The notes under the pieces are model-generated. The model saw only the letters and a list, made by a program, of their open reading frames with translations, searched no databases and was not told the origin of the DNA. A program made the position numbers and the translations under genes. 64,000 nt of DNA from Candidatus Gottesmanbacteria bacterium. GTDB lineage: Bacteria; Patescibacteriota; Microgenomatia; UBA10105; UBA927. Location: NCBI GenBank assembly GCA_963714095.1, contig OY970230.1, forward strand, positions 468,084-532,083. Reading direction: 5' to 3'. This document shows positions 59,137 to 64,000 of this stretch, in pieces (positions within the stretch are counted from its first letter, which is position 1; every line of letters starts with the position of its first letter).

Positions 59137-59666
59137 ATGGGTACCTCTTTCTTCTGTAGTATATCACCAGGCGCAATTCCTGCAAGGTTGAACACTTCTT
59201 GTTCCAAATTTTTCACTTTGGGATAACTCGCATCAAGAATTGCCTGTTCTTCGGGCGGCAAATGTTCAGCGTTCCACAGGGCGAAACGTTTGTCAACGCC
59301 GACTATATCATACTTGACCATCTTATCCGCAAGGTACAAAAGCTTTTGTTCCCAGGTTGAGGGTGCAGTTACAGGATTTAAAATCGTATGCAGCGAGTGC
59401 GCTGCGACGACATCCGCCACCTCATTCATCCCCTCCTCCCGCAAGACGCGCACCGCAGTATCCGGATGCCGCTCACCAGGACGCCGGGCGACGGCTTTAT
59501 CGATGTCATGCAGAAGTGCAGCTGCAAGAAGTAATTTTTTATCGACCGGAAATTTGTCAGCCAGTGTTATCGCGACATGGGCGACAAGAGTTACGTGAAT
59601 TCGTTTTTGCTGAGGAAGCGCATATTTCTCCCATAACGCCTTTGCCTGTTGTTCGTCCGGAATCAT
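59133..59666 (-). CDS. HD-domain phosphohydrolase
   Basis: HVTLVAHVA...LLHDIDK HD motif. Confidence 0.75.
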   Translation of the reverse strand: MIPDEQQAKALWEKYALPQQKRIHVTLVAHVAITLADKFPVDKKLLLAAALLHDIDKAVARRPGERHPDTAVRVLREEGMNEVADVVAAHSLHTILNPVTAPSTWEQKLLYLADKMVKYDIVGVDKRFALWNAEHLPPEEQAILDASYPKVKNLEQEVFNLAGIAPGDILQKKEVPI

Positions 59667-59675
59667 ACATTGTAT

Positions 59676-59681
59676 TATAAT
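59676..59681 (+). promoter_or_regulatory. -10 TATAAT 6 nt upstream of the MFS ATG (leaderless-type)
   Basis: tgtatTATAATcgacttATG. Confidence 0.3.
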
Positions 59682-59687
59682 CGACTT

Positions 59688-60878
59688 ATGGCCGAATCTT
59701 CAAAAAAGAATATTTCTTCCAACGTTTTTTTTATCGGTTTATTAAGTTTTTTCGGCGGTATAAGCCAGGACATGTTTGTTCCCGTCCTGCCCTTATACCT
59801 TGCCAACATCCTGCATTTTGACAAAACATTTATCGGGCTCACGGAAGGACTGGTTACCAGTAGCGCCAGCGTTTTCCGGATGGTTGCCGGCTATCTGTCG
59901 GATAAACTCAAGAAAAATAAACCCATTGTATTCGCCGGCTATTTCCTCTCGTTTGTAAGCCGGCCCTTACTCGCACTGACTACATCTGGCGTTGGAGTTG
60001 CAGGACTACGGTTTTTAGACGGCGTCGGTAAGGGCGTCAAAGATTCACCCAAAGATGCCCTCATTGCCGAGTCTACTCAGGTTACCTCCCGCGGTAAAGG
60101 ATTCGGTATCGTTCGCGCCCTGGACACGTTCGGATCAGTTGCCGGACCACTTCTTCTATTTGCACTTCTCTTTGTATTAAAAAATAATACGCTGAAATAC
60201 CATTACATCTTTTTTATCACTGCCATTCCCCTCGTCTTTACGTTGAGCATTTTATCGTTCTTTGTCAAAGAGGCACCCGTCAAAAAACCGGAATCGTTCC
60301 TTGCCAAACATCCACTCCCTAAACGGTATTTTGTATTTTTAGGTATTGTTCTTTTGTTTTCCATCGGCAACTCATCGGATACGTTCTTAATTTTGCGGTC
60401 ACAAAATCTTGGTGTGAGCCTCCTTGGCATTCCCCTGGTCTATGCACTGTTTAATGCCGTCTATGCAAGTGCATCCATACCTCTCGGAAGTTTGTCGGAT
60501 AAAATCGGCCGGGAAAAAGTCATTCTTATGGGATGGATAACGTATGCACTGTCGTATCTTGGGTTCGCCATGGCCAATAAAAGTTATCAGGCGTGGCTCC
60601 TGTTTGCCTTATACGGCATTTACTATGCAACAACGGAGGGAGTCGTGAAAGCCTATATCGCCGACCAAGTTGCCTCAGGCCACCGCGGCAAAGCATACGG
60701 TCTGTATAATTCATTGACCGGCATTATTACACTGCCGGCCAGTTTTATCGCGGGTCTCCTGTGGGATAAATTCTCCCCCGCCGCCCCCTTCTTTTTCGCC
60801 GCCGCAATTGCAATACTGGCGTCAGTTCTTCTTCTCATCTACACCCATGTGATCAAATCCGCGCCGCCACAACAATAA
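59688..60878 (+). CDS. major facilitator superfamily transporter (12 TM)
   Basis: 396 aa, MFS motif GYLSDKLKKNKP and duplicated 6-TM halves. Confidence 0.85.
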   Translation: MAESSKKNISSNVFFIGLLSFFGGISQDMFVPVLPLYLANILHFDKTFIGLTEGLVTSSASVFRMVAGYLSDKLKKNKPIVFAGYFLSFVSRPLLALTTSGVGVAGLRFLDGVGKGVKDSPKDALIAESTQVTSRGKGFGIVRALDTFGSVAGPLLLFALLFVLKNNTLKYHYIFFITAIPLVFTLSILSFFVKEAPVKKPESFLAKHPLPKRYFVFLGIVLLFSIGNSSDTFLILRSQNLGVSLLGIPLVYALFNAVYASASIPLGSLSDKIGREKVILMGWITYALSYLGFAMANKSYQAWLLFALYGIYYATTEGVVKAYIADQVASGHRGKAYGLYNSLTGIITLPASFIAGLLWDKFSPAAPFFFAAAIAILASVLLLIYTHVIKSAPPQQ

Positions 60879-60882
60879 TATA

Positions 60883-61488
60883 TTATTTCTTCGCTGGCTG
60901 GCCGTTGAGGGAGAAGTAACCCAGTGCTTGGAGGACGAGGTCTAATGTTTCCAGTGGACCGTGGGAGTAGGTGTTAATGACCAAGTCATAATATTTCGGG
61001 TCCCAGAAATCAGAGACACCGTACATCCGTTTCCATTTGGAAATATTTGCCTTTTCGCGATCACGCAAATGCTTTTTGGCGTCACCAACAGAAATCGAAT
61101 CTCGGTTGACCACACGGTCAATCCTAAGAGCATCATCACACATTAAGAGAACCTTAAGGACGTGTTTTAATCCCCGCATATTCCATCCCGCAATCCAAGA
61201 CTCAACTGCCATATGTGTCTGTGGATTACTCAGTTTTTTGCGCATAGCGGCATCTATCTGATGGTCCACATCATCCCCATAATCGGTCGCGAGATGGTGT
61301 CTGGGATCTTTGGCATCATGTTTACCGGATTGAATGGCAAATTGTCTGGCCCAGGCTCCACCGGAAAATATTTCCCATCCAAGGGGTTGTACAATCGGTT
61401 TTAAATTGTTCAGAAGCGTGGAACGGCCAGCGCCAGGTCTTCCGGAAATCGCAATACTTGAGTATTTTAAATTTTTACCCTGATCCAT
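60883..61488 (-). CDS. P-loop NTPase, nucleoside/nucleotide kinase-like (cytidylate-kinase-type Walker A)
   Basis: IAISGRPGAGRSTLLNNL Walker A; ~200 aa. Confidence 0.55.
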   Translation of the reverse strand: MDQGKNLKYSSIAISGRPGAGRSTLLNNLKPIVQPLGWEIFSGGAWARQFAIQSGKHDAKDPRHHLATDYGDDVDHQIDAAMRKKLSNPQTHMAVESWIAGWNMRGLKHVLKVLLMCDDALRIDRVVNRDSISVGDAKKHLRDREKANISKWKRMYGVSDFWDPKYYDLVINTYSHGPLETLDLVLQALGYFSLNGQPAKK

Positions 61489-61544
61489 GTCCCTATTATA
61501 AATATATGTGGGTCCTTCGGCAACCTCAATCCCACATCAAGGCA

Positions 61545-61573
61545 TTGACAATCGTCAAACCGGAGCCCATAAT
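61545..61573 (+). promoter_or_regulatory. sigma70-like promoter TTGACA-N17-CATAAT, -10 ending 5 nt before the PRTase ATG
   Basis: cattgacaatcgtcaaaccggagcccataattaactATG. Confidence 0.35.
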
Positions 61574-61578
61574 TAACT

Positions 61579-62160
61579 ATGGCTATCCAATACCTCCCAA
61601 TCTCCTGGAATGACTATCACACAACCGCCCAAAAACTTGCCGCGGGCATCCTGGATCACGCCGAACCGATCGATCAGATTGTGGCAATTTCCCGCGGGGG
61701 GCTGACACTCGGACATCTCTTAACGGATTTTTTACGTGTTCCCATTTCGATTATTGCTATCCAAAGTTACACGGATATCCAGAAAAGCGGTGAGGCGGTT
61801 CTCACGGCTAAACTGCAAAACTCAATAAAACACAAACATATTCTTCTTGTTGATGACGTTGCGGATTCAGGAAAAAGCATGAGGCGTGCAACGAAATATT
61901 TAACACGGGCAGGGGCAAAAAAAATTACCACGGTCACGATGTTTTACAAACCCCATTCCGTGTACCGGCCGGATTTTTTCGCCCGGCAAACAACCAAATG
62001 GATTTTATTCCCCTACGAGCCTACGGAAATGATTCTTCTTATCTGCCGCCAGATGCACGAAAAAGGAAAATCGAAAGCGGAAATCCAAAATTTTCTTGAA
62101 TCATTAAACTATACGGACGATCAAATTGCGTTCGTCAGGCGACATTATTTAGAAAAATGA
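61579..62160 (+). CDS. type I phosphoribosyltransferase (purine PRTase-like)
   Basis: ILLVDDVADSGKSM PRPP-binding motif; 193 aa. Confidence 0.8.
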   Translation: MAIQYLPISWNDYHTTAQKLAAGILDHAEPIDQIVAISRGGLTLGHLLTDFLRVPISIIAIQSYTDIQKSGEAVLTAKLQNSIKHKHILLVDDVADSGKSMRRATKYLTRAGAKKITTVTMFYKPHSVYRPDFFARQTTKWILFPYEPTEMILLICRQMHEKGKSKAEIQNFLESLNYTDDQIAFVRRHYLEK

Positions 62161-62185
62161 CACACAATATAATTATATAAAACAC

Positions 62186-62222
62186 ATCCGCAGTTATTCT
62201 TATACTGCGGATTTTTTTATTT
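62186..62222 (+). terminator. intrinsic terminator after the PRTase gene
   Basis: atccgcag-ttattcttatac-ctgcggat 8-bp stem followed by TTTTTTTATTTT; then AAGGAGG SD for the next gene. Confidence 0.6.
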
Positions 62223-62235
62223 TAAGGAGGCATTT

Positions 62236-63141
62236 ATGTTAAAGGAAATGTTACATGAAACAGGAAAAACAATACTATTGGGAAATATTGAAATCTCTAT
62301 GAAAGATGGTATTCCCCTTGTATCCCGTCACGCAGTGTACCCGCCTGAATTAGATCTCTCCAATCATACGGTTCTAAATCCGGAAAATTCATTGAAACGA
62401 ATCGGTTCGTCTGAAATCCCGCCTTCCTCAAAACTACTCTTATCACGACTCATCGAAAAAGGAAGAGCATTAGATTGGAGAGATATGGGCATCGGGTATG
62501 CACTCGATTACTCAAGAATTCTTAACCGTCAACTCGATGTAGAAGTGTGTAATAGTCTTGCCACTGATCACACGCAACACCTCATTGACGAAGGGGTAAA
62601 TTGCATTCTCGCGCCTGATAGTTCTGGCGGCCCCATTGCTGCCTTTTACGGCATGAAATATTGGGAATTAACCAAAAAAAATCCGTTATTTGTAAGACTG
62701 CATAAAGGAACAAGTCTGACGATGGATCAACCGATCGGTGTGCAGCTTGCATCATATACCAGAATGGAGGGTTCAAAACCAATTCTAAGCACTATTTCCG
62801 CAGAAGTCGGTGACTTTCCACGTGATCGACCGCTTCTTGCAGTTCTGGCTGAGGATATGTTTGATTCAGGTGGTGTCACTGCTGCTGCACATCTTTTAAC
62901 TGAGCAACTGCGTGAATTCGGCGTCGATATTCGAATTGTGAGTGCAGTTGCTCCTTTTTCTAAACCATATGCCGGAAATGAAATCGTCATGGATCAATTG
63001 GGCATACATAATATTCATACCGCTGTATCAATTGAGGGTCTCATACCCATGACACATACGACACCCGGCATGGTAAAAGTTGCCGGGATACCTGAAATAC
63101 TTACCCTTGCCCGAACCGACCTAAACGGACGCGGTAATTAA
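62236..63141 (+). CDS. PRTase-fold protein with ~150-aa N-terminal extension, function unknown
   Basis: LLAVLAEDMFDSGGVTAAAH type-I PRTase PRPP loop; 301 aa. Confidence 0.5.
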   Translation: MLKEMLHETGKTILLGNIEISMKDGIPLVSRHAVYPPELDLSNHTVLNPENSLKRIGSSEIPPSSKLLLSRLIEKGRALDWRDMGIGYALDYSRILNRQLDVEVCNSLATDHTQHLIDEGVNCILAPDSSGGPIAAFYGMKYWELTKKNPLFVRLHKGTSLTMDQPIGVQLASYTRMEGSKPILSTISAEVGDFPRDRPLLAVLAEDMFDSGGVTAAAHLLTEQLREFGVDIRIVSAVAPFSKPYAGNEIVMDQLGIHNIHTAVSIEGLIPMTHTTPGMVKVAGIPEILTLARTDLNGRGN

Positions 63142-63151
63142 ATTTTTACCA

Positions 63152-64000
63152 TATGATTCTTATCGTTGATTTCGGGTCACAGACTACTCATCTTATTGGT
63201 AGGCGTCTGCGGCAACTCGGTGTCCGTATTGAATATACCTATCCGGAAGTGGCACTCGCTGCAGTTAAAAAATTCAACCCGTCCGGAATTATTTTTTCCG
63301 GCGGGCCGAATAATATTAGTCTCGATGCCTCCCTCTCAGTAGATATAAAAGTATTGCATTTCGGTATTCCAATCCTCGGAATTTGTTACGGATGGCAACT
63401 GATTGCATACCTCTTGCATGGAACCGTCAAACACACCAAAAAAGAATATGGTCCTGAAACCATTATGTTCGATAAACAAACCGGCATTTTTAGAGTACCC
63501 GAAAAAAAGTTTTCCGTGATTATGTCTCATGGCGATACGGTCACCAAACTACCCAAAGGATTCACTGCCGTAGGGCACACCAAACACGTCGTGTATGCCG
63601 CAGTCGTGAACGAAAAAATAAATATATTCGGCGTACAGTTTCATCCGGAGGCAGATCATACCCAATACGGTCAGGAACTTTTAAAAAATTTTGCGGTTAC
63701 CATATGTCATGAAATTCCCCACCCGCTTCGACTACATCCAAAAGATATTATTGTGGAAATTAAAAAGGTTGTCGGCAGTAAACGGGTCATCTGCGCAGTT
63801 TCGGGAGGTGTAGATTCCACAGTTGCCGCGTTCCTCATCGGTAAGGCAATCGGCAAAAACCTTATCCCGGTCTATGTAGACAGCGGCCTCATGCGGCCCG
63901 GCACTGATATTAAAGTAAAGAATATTTTCACGAAACTTATTCGCGCAGATCTGGTAATCGTTCACGCAGAGGACCGTTTTTTAACGGCATTAAAAGGTAT
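63152..64000 (+). CDS. guaA: GMP synthase (glutamine-hydrolysing), N-terminal part; continues past window end
   Basis: GATase domain (ILGICYGWQL, HPE) followed by ATP-PPase SGGVDS motif. Confidence 0.9.

Overview
This 64-kb window is dense chromosomal DNA from a small-genome bacterium with a Gram-positive-type envelope; there is almost no intergenic space. Gene content points to a CPR/Patescibacteria-like or similarly reduced organism (this is my inference). Evidence for that: a minimal IF-2, no rbfA/truB in the nusA-infB-rpsO-pnp operon, tandem FemAB, an LCP protein, MurJ, and PilN/PilO-like proteins. Further evidence: Thr/Pro-repeat surface proteins anchored at both ends, a B12-dependent class II RNR with B12-salvage genes, purine-salvage PRTases, and virtually no biosynthetic pathways.

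Housekeeping blocks: lon (partial), pnp, rpsO, a DHH phosphoesterase, infB, nusA; dnaJ-dnaK-grpE-hrcA with a textbook CIRCE operator embedded in a sigma70 promoter; rpsT, tpiA, uvrD-like helicase, a helicase-nuclease fusion, rmuC, metG-tatD, groESL, tsaD, idi, nrdR-nrdJ, guaA (partial).

Accessory and interesting parts:
- A surface-protein/pilus-assembly island (11.3-20.5 kb) whose proteins share Big-like domains, TP-repeat linkers, C-terminal anchors and recombination-prone nucleotide repeats.
- A frameshifted clan GH-A glycoside hydrolase.
- An envelope-glycan cluster: GT2, processive GT2, GT-C, WecA-like, and a UbiA-type decaprenyl-phosphate phosphoribosyltransferase-like enzyme.
- A GroES with a four-cysteine insertion in the roof loop.
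- A tRNA-Ile(UAU) gene abutting idi.
- An operon of a Pro-rich small protein, a membrane-anchored VirB4/HerA-superfamily ATPase and an orphan ATP-grasp ligase.
- A nrdR-nrdJ-pduO-DUF4430-membrane protein B12-uptake/activation cluster, with tandem NrdR boxes upstream.

No CRISPR, rRNA, integrase or transposase was found.
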